64,000 nucleotides of DNA from a bacterium (GCA_963674965.2 CAXXFL010000007.1:704001-768000), one strand, 5' to 3'; numbered from the stretch's first letter, positions 1 to 12,047 are shown. Notes: generated by a model not told the origin, from the letters alone. Numbers and translations: made by a program.

Positions 1-411
1 CCGCTTCAGCCTCCGATGACAGGCGGCGCAGTCCTTCTCGTCGACGCCGCGCGAGAGGAAGGCGCCTTCCGCGTGCTCGGCGTGGCAGGTAATGCAGGGC
101 TTGTCCATGGTGTTGTGGATGGTGTTCAGGTAACTCTTGGCGTGGCAACCGGCGGCGGCGCACGACTCGTTGGGCACCCCGGAGAAGGGCACGTGGCAGA
201 CCATGCAGTCGGTCTTGAGGTTGGCGTGCGAGGTGGAGAGTGACTGGCCGAGGAACACGCCGGGGGACGCGACGGCCAGGTAGTATCCTCCCCACAGGAG
301 GAAGCCCAGGGTCCAGAGGGTAAGGAACCACGAGTTCTGGACCAGCCTGATCGAGAGGGGGTCCCTGACCTCTCTTTTCCCTCCGGGTCCTCTTATATAG
401 TGGCCGCTCAT
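1..411 (-). CDS. Membrane-anchored multiheme cytochrome c (c3-like), truncated at window edge
   Basis: Not in ORF track. Manual translation from ATG 411 (ATGA overlap with upstream stop): MSGHYIRG..., one TM helix, then CMVCH, CAAAGCH (CX4CH), CITCH, CAACH; frame open to position 1. Confidence 0.85.
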   Translation of the reverse strand, partial: MSGHYIRGPGGKREVRDPLSIRLVQNSWFLTLWTLGFLLWGGYYLAVASPGVFLGQSLSTSHANLKTDCMVCHVPFSGVPNESCAAAGCHAKSYLNTIHNTMDKPCITCHAEHAEGAFLSRGVDEKDCAACHRRLKR

Positions 412-1244
412 GACACCCTGAACCATTCGATCGAGATAATATGGACGAAGGAGAAGACCACCAGTCCGATGGTGGAGGGCACGTGGAAAAGGAGCCAGGC
501 CTGAATCCACCACCTGAACCTCGCGTGTCGTCCCAACAAGACGAAGAGGTCGTGGGCCTCCTCGATCTTGACCGCCAGTCTCATGAATTTTTCCGACTTC
601 TCCGGATCGAGCCCCTCGGCCCATGGACTAACGTCCGCCTCGACGGGGTCTTTGCCGACCTCGGTGCGATAAAGGGGTATGACCAACTCGTTGTAGACGC
701 GGAGAAAAATTTCGCCCTCCTCCGAGCACAGCTCCGATATCTCCTCATGCAGCCTCGAGATGCGCTTGCAAAGATAATCGGGAATCAAAACCGTGGCCTC
801 GTCGCGGGCCTGGGCCCTGGGCTTGTAGTACATGATGAAAAGGCCCGCCACGCCCGAGAGCACGGTCAGCGTCAGGAAAAGAAGGGCCAGGGCCGCCACG
901 TCGTTTTGCATTTTAAAGCCGGAGTGGGCGATGATAAAGGCGAGGCTCACTATGCCGATGACGACGTGGGCGTAAAGCCACTGCTCGAGGGTGAAGGCCC
1001 TTTTATACAGCCACTGCTTTCTCATGGCGTAGGCGAAGGACATGAACATGGTGAAGGACCCGAGGCGTCCCATGGTGATTCCGAAATCCGATCCGCCCGT
1101 GTAGCCCTCCGGTCCCAGAAAGGACTTGGCCGCCAGCATGGCGCCCAGGGTCCCGACGGCGAGGACCGCCATCCAGAAGAGGCGGCTGGGCAAGCCGACG
1201 CCCCTGCTGGTCCTTACTTCACCGTTGTTACTTGTCCTCTTCAT
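408..1244 (-). CDS. Polytopic membrane protein, putative heme b / ferric-reductase-like TM subunit
   Basis: Several TM helices with His pairs (WLYAHVVIG...IIAHSG; WLLFHVP...FVHII); lies between Fe-S and multiheme genes. Confidence 0.65.
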   Translation of the reverse strand: MKRTSNNGEVRTSRGVGLPSRLFWMAVLAVGTLGAMLAAKSFLGPEGYTGGSDFGITMGRLGSFTMFMSFAYAMRKQWLYKRAFTLEQWLYAHVVIGIVSLAFIIAHSGFKMQNDVAALALLFLTLTVLSGVAGLFIMYYKPRAQARDEATVLIPDYLCKRISRLHEEISELCSEEGEIFLRVYNELVIPLYRTEVGKDPVEADVSPWAEGLDPEKSEKFMRLAVKIEEAHDLFVLLGRHARFRWWIQAWLLFHVPSTIGLVVFSFVHIISIEWFRVS

Positions 1245-2682
1245 AGGCCTTGATAAGGTCCTCCGGCGTCAGCACCTGCATGGCGCCGGTGGGACAGTTG
1301 AAAACGCAAGCCATGTCCTGGTAGTCGTAGCACATGTCGCACTTGACCACCACCTGGTTGAAGCGCTCGTCGATCTTTCCCGCCGCCAGTTGGCGGAGGT
1401 TTTCCTTGCCTCCGAACAGTTTGGCCAGGACGCCCTTTTTTTTCTTTTCCTCGTCCAGCTTCACCACCAGGATGTTTCCAAAGGGGCACCTTTTGGCGCA
1501 GCCCCCGCACCCATTGCAGAACTCGGTGTGATGAATCTCGCCGTTCTTGTCCCTCACGATTCCGCCGACGGGACAGAGCAGGCACTCGGGGTCCTCGCAG
1601 TGGAAGCAGGAGGTGGGCACCAGGAACCGGCCCAGTCTCGATCCCCTCCTCTCGATCCTCGCGTGTCCCCTGGTGGCCTCGCAGGCGGCCACGCAGTTGT
1701 CGCACCCGATGCACCTCTCGAGGTCCACCACCAGTATCTCGCGGGCCTGGGCCAGGCCCTTTTTCACCACGAAGCTCATGGCCTTGGACAGACGCTCGTC
1801 CTGTTCCATCTCGGCGGACTTTTCCTTCCTGTCCGTGATGGTCCGCTCGATCTCCTCCTTCACCTCCGGATATAGGGACAGAATCTCCTGGAAGTCCTTC
1901 TTGCCGACCCGAACGGCCTCCACTTCCGTCATGGCCACCACGTTGGCGCTGCGCTTCTCGTCCGCGATTAAAGCCATCTCGCCGAAGTAACTGCCGTCGC
2001 GCAAATAGGTGAGTATCTTCTCGCGGTCGAGGGGGCCCTGGCTGACCTTGACGAAGCCGCTGCGGGTGAGGTAGAGGCAGTCCCCCACCTCCCCCTCCCT
2101 GATGATGGCCTCGCCCTTCTTGAAGCTTACCAGCTCGACCTTGTTGGCCAGGGCGTCGAGGATGACGTCGGGCAGGGAGGCGAACAGGGAGACCTGGCGC
2201 AGGTGAGTGCGCAGGGAACGCTCGATGTATTTCTGATCTATCCTGTGCTTGGTCAGGGGCGAGCGGCGAAGCATCATGAGGAAGAGGCGCTTGGGTATCT
2301 GGAGCACCACGGTCCTCTCCCGGGCCTTGACCGTGGCGGTCCTCGGCTGTCCCGAAAGGGGGCCCATCTCCCCGAAGAAGTCGCCCTTGCCCAGCGTGGC
2401 CAGGGGAATGACCTTTTGGGACTGGGTCTGGGTGGTCACGTCCACCTCTCCAGCCAGTACTATATAGAAGGTCTCCTCGTAGTCGCCCTGGTTGCAGATG
2501 ACGTGGCCGACGTTGAACTGGAGAAGCAGGGCCTGGTCCGCCACCTTGGCCACCAGGTCCTTTCCCATGCCGTCGAAAAAGGGCACCCGGTCAAGAAGCT
2601 GCTCGGAGCGGAGTCCCTCCAGAAAAGGAATCTGCTGGAGTTCCTCCGCCAGTTGCGAGACGGTTTTGTTGCCTATCTCCAA
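1228..2682 (-). CDS. Tandem cyclic-nucleotide-binding domains fused to a DmsB-like 4Fe-4S ferredoxin domain
   Basis: Two cNMP motifs (FFGEMG...PRTATV; YFGEMAL...RSANV) and Cys motifs CIGCDNC..C, CFHCEDPEC..CP, CNGCGGC..CP, CDMC..C..CP; likely TTG start at 2682 (ORF open to 2760). Confidence 0.85.
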   Translation of the reverse strand: MEIGNKTVSQLAEELQQIPFLEGLRSEQLLDRVPFFDGMGKDLVAKVADQALLLQFNVGHVICNQGDYEETFYIVLAGEVDVTTQTQSQKVIPLATLGKGDFFGEMGPLSGQPRTATVKARERTVVLQIPKRLFLMMLRRSPLTKHRIDQKYIERSLRTHLRQVSLFASLPDVILDALANKVELVSFKKGEAIIREGEVGDCLYLTRSGFVKVSQGPLDREKILTYLRDGSYFGEMALIADEKRSANVVAMTEVEAVRVGKKDFQEILSLYPEVKEEIERTITDRKEKSAEMEQDERLSKAMSFVVKKGLAQAREILVVDLERCIGCDNCVAACEATRGHARIERRGSRLGRFLVPTSCFHCEDPECLLCPVGGIVRDKNGEIHHTEFCNGCGGCAKRCPFGNILVVKLDEEKKKKGVLAKLFGGKENLRQLAAGKIDERFNQVVVKCDMCYDYQDMACVFNCPTGAMQVLTPEDLIKAYEEDK

Positions 2683-2824
2683 ATATCGCCGCCCTTTATG
2701 TCGGAGTTGGCCGCGGCCTTGGCGGCCGACCTGAAAAAACCAAAGAGGCGGACCCGCCAAAACGGGCCCGCCCCGCGCGTCGCGTTGGTATCACGCCGGC
2801 CGCGCTCGGGCCGGCGTCCAGGCT

Positions 2825-3688
2825 TCACCAGGGCGAGGGTATCTTGGCCGCCTTGGTATGGCAGGCGTAGCAGTTGTCCACCACGATCCTGGGGGGAGGC
2901 AGGGGTTTTCCCTTGTCCCAGTTCATGTCCCGAAGCTTTTTAACGACCCCGTCGTTGAAAATCTTGAGGTCGTTATAGGTCTTCTCGAAGAGGGCCTTGT
3001 CGATGGGCTGTCCGTCCTGGTTGACGTCGGGAATGTTCTTCGGAATTTCCTCGATGTAGCCCCTCAGCACCAGGAAGCAGTACAGGGCCTGGTCGTATTT
3101 TTCCTGCTGCAGCAGCGGCCCGGCCTGCTTGTAGATTTCGTAAATCTCGTGCATCAGGTGGGTGAGCACCTTGAACTTGGTGTCGATCCTGAACTCGGTG
3201 GGAATGTTATAGGACTGGTGGCAGCCCACGCAGGTCTGCATCATGGGGTCCAGTTGGCCCGCGGGCACGTCGGCCCATTTCTTGTTCTTCAGGTTCCCCC
3301 TGATCTCGGCGGAAAAGGAGTTGAGCTTGTCGATGGAAGCCACGTAGCCGGCCTTGTCGAATTTTTTCCCGTCCTGCAGCGTCTCGGGAAGCTGTTCCTT
3401 GCTCAGGTTGGTGAAGAGTTCCATGACCGCCAGGTTGGCCTCGGCCATTTCCATGTCGCCATTTTCAAACTCCTTCTTGCCCACCACGTAGCGCTCGTAG
3501 ACCTCGTGCATGTAATAGGTCAGCCACCCGTACTCGCTGGTCGGATACAACTCCTCCCCGCCTCCCTCCAGCGCCCCGTCCTTGATCTTTCCCGAGGCCC
3601 CCGGCGGAAGGCCCACCCAGGTAATTATTCCCACCGCGACCAGCGAAAACACGCATAAAGTCTTAAGCCATGAAGTCCCGTTAGTCAT
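2825..3688 (-). CDS. Exported diheme cytochrome c made of two cytochrome c'-like helical repeats
   Basis: Signal peptide; repeated LTxxMHExYE motif; CVGCH and CYACH at the end of each repeat. Confidence 0.75.
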   Translation of the reverse strand: MTNGTSWLKTLCVFSLVAVGIITWVGLPPGASGKIKDGALEGGGEELYPTSEYGWLTYYMHEVYERYVVGKKEFENGDMEMAEANLAVMELFTNLSKEQLPETLQDGKKFDKAGYVASIDKLNSFSAEIRGNLKNKKWADVPAGQLDPMMQTCVGCHQSYNIPTEFRIDTKFKVLTHLMHEIYEIYKQAGPLLQQEKYDQALYCFLVLRGYIEEIPKNIPDVNQDGQPIDKALFEKTYNDLKIFNDGVVKKLRDMNWDKGKPLPPPRIVVDNCYACHTKAAKIPSPW

Positions 3689-3833
3689 TCGTGCATCCTC
3701 CCCGCGGGCGGTCCGATTCCACCCGTCTTAACTTTTTCGAGGTCCCCGCCGGGGGGGACCAGTTGTCCCTATTATCCAATTAATTCTAGAATCCGAGGAC
3801 TCGACTGTCAAACCTATTGGCCTATTTTTTTCT

Positions 3834-5045
3834 TCAGGGGCCGGCCGGTTTTACCGAGGCGAAGATGGAGGTCTCGTCCCATTTCTCGACGCGAAGGCGG
3901 GAGCCCTCGAGGTCGATCTCGGCCAGCCAGTCCACCACGCTCTCGGCTCCCGCCTTGGCCGTCAGGTTGAAGACCATCTCCTCGCCTCCGACCATCCCGA
4001 TCCGTACCTTTTCCACGCCGGGCGACTCGGCCAGCCTGTCCTTGAGGGTGGTCATCCTGGAATAGGACCCGAGTCCGGTCACGGTCAGCTCGATCATCCT
4101 TTCCTCTCCCGGCTTGAAAGTGGGCGTCCAGGCCACGAAAAGCTTTTCCGCCGCCTCGGAGCCGGCCATGGAGCAAACCTTTTCCATGCCCTCCAGGTCG
4201 GACACCGGCGTCCGGGCCAGGAATTGTTCCTCGTACTTGCCCGACCATATCAGCCTTTTTTTGGTCGAGTCCGCCACGGCCACGCGCAGGGTGGCCTCCC
4301 CGGTCTCCTTGTCCGCCCCCTCCTCGCCGAGACGGCTCGTTACCGCCTGGCCTATGATTACGGCCTCGCCCCCGTAAAGGCCCGAGACCGTCTCGAAGAC
4401 CCGCGTCCTTTCCTCCTCCCCCTGCGGGTTCATGATGGCGGCCACGTTCGCGCCGGGCGCGCCCCTCCTGGGGGAAACGATCTCGAAGCCGTACCTGGCC
4501 ATCTCCCTGGCCATGGCCTCCTCGCACGGGTTCATGTCCCCGGCCTGGAACCCTCCCTGGTTCCATGCGCTGTCCATGGCCGATCCGTTCATGGTCCCGG
4601 CCACGACGATAAAGACCTTGGGTATGGACCTGACCGGATAGACGGCCGCGCTTCTCATGGCGGACAGGAGCTTGTTCTCGTCCAGCTCGATCCGGGCGCG
4701 GAGGGTCAAAACTCCCTCGCCCGTTTCCTCGAGGACCGTCTCCCACGAGGTCACGTAGCTCTCGCTCGATGACGCGATCTCCTTTATCCGTTCGATCTTG
4801 TCCTTTTTCACTCCCGGCGGGACCCGGGAGTCGATAAAGTCGCGGACCGCCTTTTCCTTGGCCTCGTCCAGCGCCTTTTGCCTGGCGCCGGCCTCGTCGC
4901 CCGAGGCGATCTTGATCTTGACCTCGACCTCGACCCCTCCGCCCGGCAGCCGGACGGACTGCGCCCTAGCCGCGTCGAGGGCAAGGACCCACGAGGAAAC
5001 GATCGCCGCCCCGATAAGGATAGTAATATATCGTCGTCCGGTCAT
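3834..5045 (-). CDS. Exported hypothetical protein (possibly FlgT-N-like)
   Basis: Signal peptide ending AARA-Q; ARQKALDEAKEKAV helix; follows dnaE on the same strand. Confidence 0.6.
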   Translation of the reverse strand: MTGRRYITILIGAAIVSSWVLALDAARAQSVRLPGGGVEVEVKIKIASGDEAGARQKALDEAKEKAVRDFIDSRVPPGVKKDKIERIKEIASSSESYVTSWETVLEETGEGVLTLRARIELDENKLLSAMRSAAVYPVRSIPKVFIVVAGTMNGSAMDSAWNQGGFQAGDMNPCEEAMAREMARYGFEIVSPRRGAPGANVAAIMNPQGEEERTRVFETVSGLYGGEAVIIGQAVTSRLGEEGADKETGEATLRVAVADSTKKRLIWSGKYEEQFLARTPVSDLEGMEKVCSMAGSEAAEKLFVAWTPTFKPGEERMIELTVTGLGSYSRMTTLKDRLAESPGVEKVRIGMVGGEEMVFNLTAKAGAESVVDWLAEIDLEGSRLRVEKWDETSIFASVKPAGP

Positions 5046-5066
5046 CGCGACCCTCCTCCGGGCCCG

Positions 5067-8000
5067 TCAGGCCGCCTCCAGCCTGACCGTGCCCTCTCCC
5101 AGCAGTTCCTCCAGCGCCAGGATCAGCTCCCGGTCGGGAGTGGCCCGGTAATCGGCGGGAAGGGCCACCACCGTCTCCGACCTCCCCTGGATGACCACGT
5201 GGACCATCACCTTGGCCTTGCCCCGCCTCGATTTCAGGATGCGGCCCAAAAACTCGACCTGCTCGGGCGTGGCCAGGGGCCGGTGCATGGTGACGTGAAG
5301 GGTAAGGCTCAGCTTCTCCGGCGCCTTGTCCAGGGGAATGATCTCGCTGGCCAGTATTTTCGCCCTGTCCTCCGAGACCTCGACCCTGCCCCGTATCAAG
5401 ATGGGCCTGTCCTCCTCGGCCAAAAGGTCCCGAGCCTCCTGGTACACGCCGGCGAAGACCACCGTCTCGATACTGCCCTTCAGGTCGGTGACGGTCAAAA
5501 AGGCCATCCTTTCCTTTTTCTTGGTCAGGTGTTCCTTTTTGGCCGTGACCACTCCCCCAATCAGTATCTCCTGCCCTCCGGCCAGAAGCGGCGCCCTGGT
5601 GGTCTCGACCACGCCGTATTTCTTCATCATGTCCTCGAACCTGGCCAGGGGGTGGCCGGTGAGGTAAAAGCCCAGGGCCTCCTTTTCGTTGGCCAGGAGC
5701 TCGGTGGAGGACCAGGGATCGGCATTGGGGTAGTTCTGCTCGACGTAGTCCGATCCGCTCTCGTCTCCCAGCATGTCGAAGAGGTTGGTCTGTCCGGCCT
5801 CCCTCTCCCTCATGGCCCGCTGTCCCGAGTCGAGGGCCGAGTCGATGGCCGCCAGCATCCTGGCCCGGTCGGGCCCGAGCCCGTCGAAGGCCCCCGCCTT
5901 GATCAGGCTCTCGAGGGTCCGCCTGTTCACCCTTTTCAAGTCCGCCCGATCGCAGAAGTCCCACAGGTTCTTGTACTCTCCACCCTCGAGCCGGGCCTCG
6001 ACCACGGCCTCGACCGCGGCCTTGCCCACGTTTTTGACCGCTCCCAGTCCCATCCTGATCGAGTCGCCGAGGGCCACGAACTTCCACTCCCCGTGGTTGA
6101 CGTGAGGCTGGAGCACGGGCGCGCCCTTGTCCGCGCACTCCTTGATGTACCTTACCACCTTGTCCGTGTCCCCCATGTCCATGGTAAGAAGGGCGGACAT
6201 GAACTCGACCGGGTAACGGGCCTTGAGATAGGCCGTCTGGTAGGCGATCCAGGCGTAAACGGCGGCGTGGCTTTTATTGAAGCCGTAGCCCGCGAACTGG
6301 GCCATGTCGTCGAAGATGGCCTTGGCCTTGTCCTTGGGAATCCCGTTGGCCGTGGCCCCCGCCATGAACTTGTCCTCCTCGGCCGCCATCAGCTCGGGCT
6401 TCTTCTTGCCCATGGCCTTCCTCAGCTTGTCCGCCTCCCCCATGGTATAGCCCGCCAGCTTGACGGCTATCTCCATGACCTGCTCCTGGTAAAGAAGGAC
6501 CCCGTACGTTTCCTTGGCGATGGGCTCGAGCTCGGGCGCGCGGTAGGTGACCTCCTCCCGGCCGTGCTTTCGCTCGATAAAGCGGCGCACGTCGCCCGAG
6601 CCCAGGGGGCCCGGACGGTAAAGGGCCACCACCGCGATCATCTCCTCGAACCTGTTGGGCCGAAGCTGGGTCAGGAGCTCCTTCATGCCCGAGCTCTCGA
6701 GCTGGAACACGCCCCCCGTGTCGCCCGCCCCCAGAAGCTCGAAGACCTTCTCGTCGTCCATGGGTATCTTGTCTATGTCCAGGTCCACGCCCCGGTTCTT
6801 TTTGATCAGCTCGACGCAGTACTTGATCTGAGTCAGGGTCTTAAGGCCCAGAAGGTCGAACTTGACCAGGCCCACCTTCTCGACGCACTTCATGTCGTAC
6901 TGGGCCACCACCCCCTCCTCCTTGGGGTCCTTGTAGAGGGGCAGGTAGTTGACCATGGGAAGGTCGGATATGACCAGGCCCGCCGCGTGGGTCGAGGCGT
7001 GACGGGATATGCCCTCCAGCGCATCGGCCAGCTCGAGCAGTTCCTTGATAAGGGGGTCCTTTCTGGCGGCCTCGGAAATCTTCGGCTCGCCTTGCACGGC
7101 GTCCTTCAACTTGCTGTTCATGGGGATGAGCTTGGCCAGCCGGTCCACGTCGCCGTAGGGGACCCCCAGCACCCGGCCCACGTCCCGGACCACGGCCCGG
7201 GCCTTCATGGTGCCGAAGGTGATGATCTGGGCCACGTGCTCGGAGCCGCCGTACTTCTCGGTCACGTACTCGATGACCTCTCCCCTTCTGTCCTGGCAGA
7301 AGTCCACGTCGATGTCGGGCATGGACCTTCTTTCCGGGTTGAGGAAGCGCTCGAAGATGAGCCCGTAGGCCAGAGGGTTGAGGTCGGTGATCCGAAGGCA
7401 ATAGGAGGCCAGGCTGCCTGCGGCCGAGCCTCGTCCCGGCCCGACGGGGATTTCACTGGACTTGGCCCAGTTGACGAAGTCGGCCACGATGAGGAAATAG
7501 CCGGGGAAGCCCATGTCCTGGATGATCTTGATCTCGTAGTTAAGCCGTTTTTGGTATTCGGCTTTCCTCTTCTCGAAATGAGGATCGCTGAGCCTTATGT
7601 CCTCGATCCGCCGCTCGAAGCCCTCGCGGGTCTTCTTCTCGAAAAGCTCGTTCGGCGTCATGCCGTCGGGTATATGGAACTCGGGAAAATGAAGGCTGTC
7701 AAGGTCCCAGTCCAGGTTGCACCGGGCCGCTATCTCGATGGTGTTCGAGATCGCCTCCGGCACCTCGGCGAAGGCCTCCTTCATCTCGCCCGGGCTCTTG
7801 AAGTAGAACTCGTCCGTGCTCATGCGCATCCTTTTCTCGTCGGAAAGGTTCTTGCCCGTCTGGATGCAAAGCAGGGCCTCGTGGGCCCTCGCGTGCTCTC
7901 TCAAGAGGTAATGGCAGTCGTTGGTGGCCACGAGGGGAAGGTCAAGGCGCCTTCCCAGCGCGATGAGGCCGCGGTTGACCCGCCTCTGGTCCTCGATGCC

Positions 8001-8531
8001 GTTCTCCTGCAGCTCGAGGTAGTAGCGGCCGTTGTCGAAAATTTCCTTGAACCGGCCCGCCGCCTCGATGGCCTTTTCCTCGTCCTCGACGAGCAGGGCC
8101 TGGCACACCTCGCCCTTCAAGCAGGCCGACAAGGCGATGAGTCCCTCGTTGTGCTCGGCTATCATGGACATGTCGGTCCTGGGCTTGTAGTAGAAACCCT
8201 CGAGGAAGGCGGAACTGACTATCTTGCACAGGTTCTGGTAGCCCTTGTAGTTCTTGCAAAGGAGGACCAGGTGGTGGCCCACGGCGTCGCGGCTTTTCCT
8301 GTCGCCGGGCGCCACGTAGACCTCGCAGCCGATGATGGGCTTGATGCCCCTCTCCCTGGCCTTTTCGTAGAGGTTGACCGCGCCGAACAGGTTGCCGTGG
8401 TCGGTCATGGCCACGGCCGGCATCTGGAAGGCCTCGGCCCGGTCAAGCAGGTCCTTCAGCCTTATCATGCCGTCGAGCAGGCTGTACTCGGTGTGAACGT
8501 GAAGATGGACGAAATCCGCTACGCCGTGCAT
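5067..8531 (-). CDS. dnaE: DNA polymerase III alpha subunit
   Basis: PHP motif HLHVHTEYSLLDG, GPGRGSAAGS, PDIDVDF, FNKSH, C-terminal OB fold; start at MHGVADF. Confidence 0.97.
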   Translation of the reverse strand: MHGVADFVHLHVHTEYSLLDGMIRLKDLLDRAEAFQMPAVAMTDHGNLFGAVNLYEKARERGIKPIIGCEVYVAPGDRKSRDAVGHHLVLLCKNYKGYQNLCKIVSSAFLEGFYYKPRTDMSMIAEHNEGLIALSACLKGEVCQALLVEDEEKAIEAAGRFKEIFDNGRYYLELQENGIEDQRRVNRGLIALGRRLDLPLVATNDCHYLLREHARAHEALLCIQTGKNLSDEKRMRMSTDEFYFKSPGEMKEAFAEVPEAISNTIEIAARCNLDWDLDSLHFPEFHIPDGMTPNELFEKKTREGFERRIEDIRLSDPHFEKRKAEYQKRLNYEIKIIQDMGFPGYFLIVADFVNWAKSSEIPVGPGRGSAAGSLASYCLRITDLNPLAYGLIFERFLNPERRSMPDIDVDFCQDRRGEVIEYVTEKYGGSEHVAQIITFGTMKARAVVRDVGRVLGVPYGDVDRLAKLIPMNSKLKDAVQGEPKISEAARKDPLIKELLELADALEGISRHASTHAAGLVISDLPMVNYLPLYKDPKEEGVVAQYDMKCVEKVGLVKFDLLGLKTLTQIKYCVELIKKNRGVDLDIDKIPMDDEKVFELLGAGDTGGVFQLESSGMKELLTQLRPNRFEEMIAVVALYRPGPLGSGDVRRFIERKHGREEVTYRAPELEPIAKETYGVLLYQEQVMEIAVKLAGYTMGEADKLRKAMGKKKPELMAAEEDKFMAGATANGIPKDKAKAIFDDMAQFAGYGFNKSHAAVYAWIAYQTAYLKARYPVEFMSALLTMDMGDTDKVVRYIKECADKGAPVLQPHVNHGEWKFVALGDSIRMGLGAVKNVGKAAVEAVVEARLEGGEYKNLWDFCDRADLKRVNRRTLESLIKAGAFDGLGPDRARMLAAIDSALDSGQRAMREREAGQTNLFDMLGDESGSDYVEQNYPNADPWSSTELLANEKEALGFYLTGHPLARFEDMMKKYGVVETTRAPLLAGGQEILIGGVVTAKKEHLTKKKERMAFLTVTDLKGSIETVVFAGVYQEARDLLAEEDRPILIRGRVEVSEDRAKILASEIIPLDKAPEKLSLTLHVTMHRPLATPEQVEFLGRILKSRRGKAKVMVHVVIQGRSETVVALPADYRATPDRELILALEELLGEGTVRLEAA

Positions 8532-8566
8532 GGTTTCCCCTTTTTCGCTATTGGTTTTTTCCTCGC

Positions 8567-10183
8567 CTATTCCCACTCGATGGTGGCGGGCGGCTTGGAC
8601 GAGATATCGTAGGCCACCCGGTTGATTCCCTTGACCTCGTTAATGATCCGGTTGGAAATCCGGGCCAGGAGGGAATGAGGCAGGTCGGCCCAGTCCGCGG
8701 TCATGCCGTCAACGCTCTTGACCGCCCTGACCGCGGCCACGTACTCGTAGGTCCTCTCGTCTCCCATGACCCCCACCGACTGCACGGGAAGAAGCACGGT
8801 GAAGTACTGCCATACCTGGTCCCTTCCCTCCCAGGCCTCGATCTCCGAGGTGGTTATCTCGTCGGCCTTCCTTAATATGTCGAGCCTTTCCCCCGTCACC
8901 TCGCCCAGGACCCTCACGGCCAGGCCGGGACCGGGGAAGGGCTGGCGCCACACGATCTCGGGGGGAAGACCGAGCTCGGAGCCCACTTCCCGCACCTCGT
9001 CCTTGAAAAGCTCCCGCAACGGCTCGACCAGATCGAGGTCCATGCGCTCCGGCAACCCGCCCACGTTGTGGTGGCTCTTGATGGTCGCCGACGGACCCCG
9101 GAAGCTCACGCTCTCGATCACGTCCGGATAGAGCGTGCCCTGTCCTAAAAACTTCACGCCCGGAATCTTTTTCGCCTCCTTCTCGAAAATCTCGATAAAG
9201 GCGGCGCCTATGCGCTTTCTTTTTTCCTCCGGGTCGTATATGTCCTCGAGGGCGGTGAGGAATTTGTCCGAGGCGTCCACCGCCGCCAGCTTCAAGTGGA
9301 AGCGGCCCTTGAAGGTCTCCACCACCTTCCTGGCCTCGTCCAGACGGAGCAGGCCGTTGTCCACGAAGATGCACGTGAGCTGGTCGCCCACCGCCTTATG
9401 GACCAGCATGGCCGCCACCGCCGAGTCCACCCCCCCCGAGAGGGCCATGATAATCTTGTCCTTACCAACCTGCTCCTTGATCCGCTTCACCGAGCGCTCG
9501 ATAAAACTCTTCATGCTCCAGTCGCCCGTGAAACCCGAGACCCTGAAGAGAAAATCCCTCAGCCATTCCTTGCCCCTCGGGGTATGGGCCACCTCGGGAT
9601 GAAACTGGACGCCGTAGAATTTTCTCTCGGGGTCGGCCACGGCGGCAAAGGCGCTGTTGCCGGTGAAGGCCATGGTCTTCACGCCCTCGGGAAGGCTTTT
9701 GACTTTGTCGCCGTGGCTCATCCATACCAACTCGCCCTCTTTTTCTTCCTCGCCCCGCCCTCCTTTATGGAGGTTTTGCTGATAGTCCGCTCCCTTGCCG
9801 GAAGATTCCCCGGTCAGGTCTCCCGTCGCGTAAAAGAAGTCTCCTCCCAGTTCTGTCCTTTTAATCCTTGCCGGCCCGTACTCCCGTTTGGACGACTTTT
9901 CGACTTCTCCTCCCATCATTTTGGCGAAGAGCTGGAGCCCGTAGCATATGCCCAGCACCGGCACGCCCAGGGTGAAGACTTCCCTGTCGCAGACGGGGGC
10001 GTTTTTATCGAGCACGCTGGAGGGACCGCCCGAGAGGATGATGGCCTTGGGACCGAAGGCCCTTATTTCCTCCATGGGCATGGTGCACGGATGTATCTCG
10101 CAGTAGACCTTCAGCTCCCGCACCCGCCGCGCGATGAGCATGGTGTACTGGGAACCGAAATCGAGGATGAGCGCCTTTTCCAT
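8567..10183 (-). CDS. guaA: GMP synthase (glutamine-hydrolysing)
   Basis: [43 protein letters not shown]. Confidence 0.98.
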   Translation of the reverse strand: MEKALILDFGSQYTMLIARRVRELKVYCEIHPCTMPMEEIRAFGPKAIILSGGPSSVLDKNAPVCDREVFTLGVPVLGICYGLQLFAKMMGGEVEKSSKREYGPARIKRTELGGDFFYATGDLTGESSGKGADYQQNLHKGGRGEEEKEGELVWMSHGDKVKSLPEGVKTMAFTGNSAFAAVADPERKFYGVQFHPEVAHTPRGKEWLRDFLFRVSGFTGDWSMKSFIERSVKRIKEQVGKDKIIMALSGGVDSAVAAMLVHKAVGDQLTCIFVDNGLLRLDEARKVVETFKGRFHLKLAAVDASDKFLTALEDIYDPEEKRKRIGAAFIEIFEKEAKKIPGVKFLGQGTLYPDVIESVSFRGPSATIKSHHNVGGLPERMDLDLVEPLRELFKDEVREVGSELGLPPEIVWRQPFPGPGLAVRVLGEVTGERLDILRKADEITTSEIEAWEGRDQVWQYFTVLLPVQSVGVMGDERTYEYVAAVRAVKSVDGMTADWADLPHSLLARISNRIINEVKGINRVAYDISSKPPATIEWE

Positions 10184-10195
10184 GGACCGGCTCCT

Positions 10196-11725
<1,530 letters not shown>

Positions 11726-11812
11726 TTAAATGAGGATGGTAGACCACTACCAGCCTTTTTGCCACTCCATCAAATCCTGATATCCGGTAATTGTGAACCG
11801 TTAACGCGCCAA

Positions 11813-11861
11813 TAACTATATATTGCACTAGATGATTACGAGATACCACAATATATTGATT
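11813..11861. promoter_or_regulatory. Two NrdR-box-like sites upstream of guaB
   Basis: TAACTATATATTGCAC (11813-11828) and CCACAATATATTGATT (11846-11861) resemble the acaCwAtATaTwGtgt consensus; starts 33 bp apart. Confidence 0.6.
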
Positions 11862-11878
11862 GACGCCCCCAATGTCAA
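11850..11878 (-). promoter_or_regulatory. Sigma70-type promoter for guaB-guaA-dnaE
   Basis: Minus-strand TTGACA (11878-11873), 17-bp spacer, TATATT (11855-11850). Confidence 0.6.
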
Positions 11879-12047
11879 GCGATTTTTTAAGGGGTTATTT
11901 TTTAAGGGAACCAAGATGAAGATTCATCACGAGACCTATCCGGCCAAAATCCCCAGAAAATTATAAAATCAGCGGGATCATAATAACATTATTTCTATTA
12001 TTCAATAACTTAAGCATGATATCATTATAATTTTCTCCCCGTCCCCA

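Noticed and set aside
4878-8612. 1244-aa plus-strand ORF and similar long antisense ORFs (9296-11128, 44904-46772, 52196-54082)
   Set aside because: Antisense shadows of well-supported high-GC genes; no recognisable motifs
9732-9839. Charged insertion in the GuaA glutaminase domain (and a smaller acidic one in the GuaB flap)
   Set aside because: In-frame loop insertions without intein or mobile-element signatures; likely lineage variation
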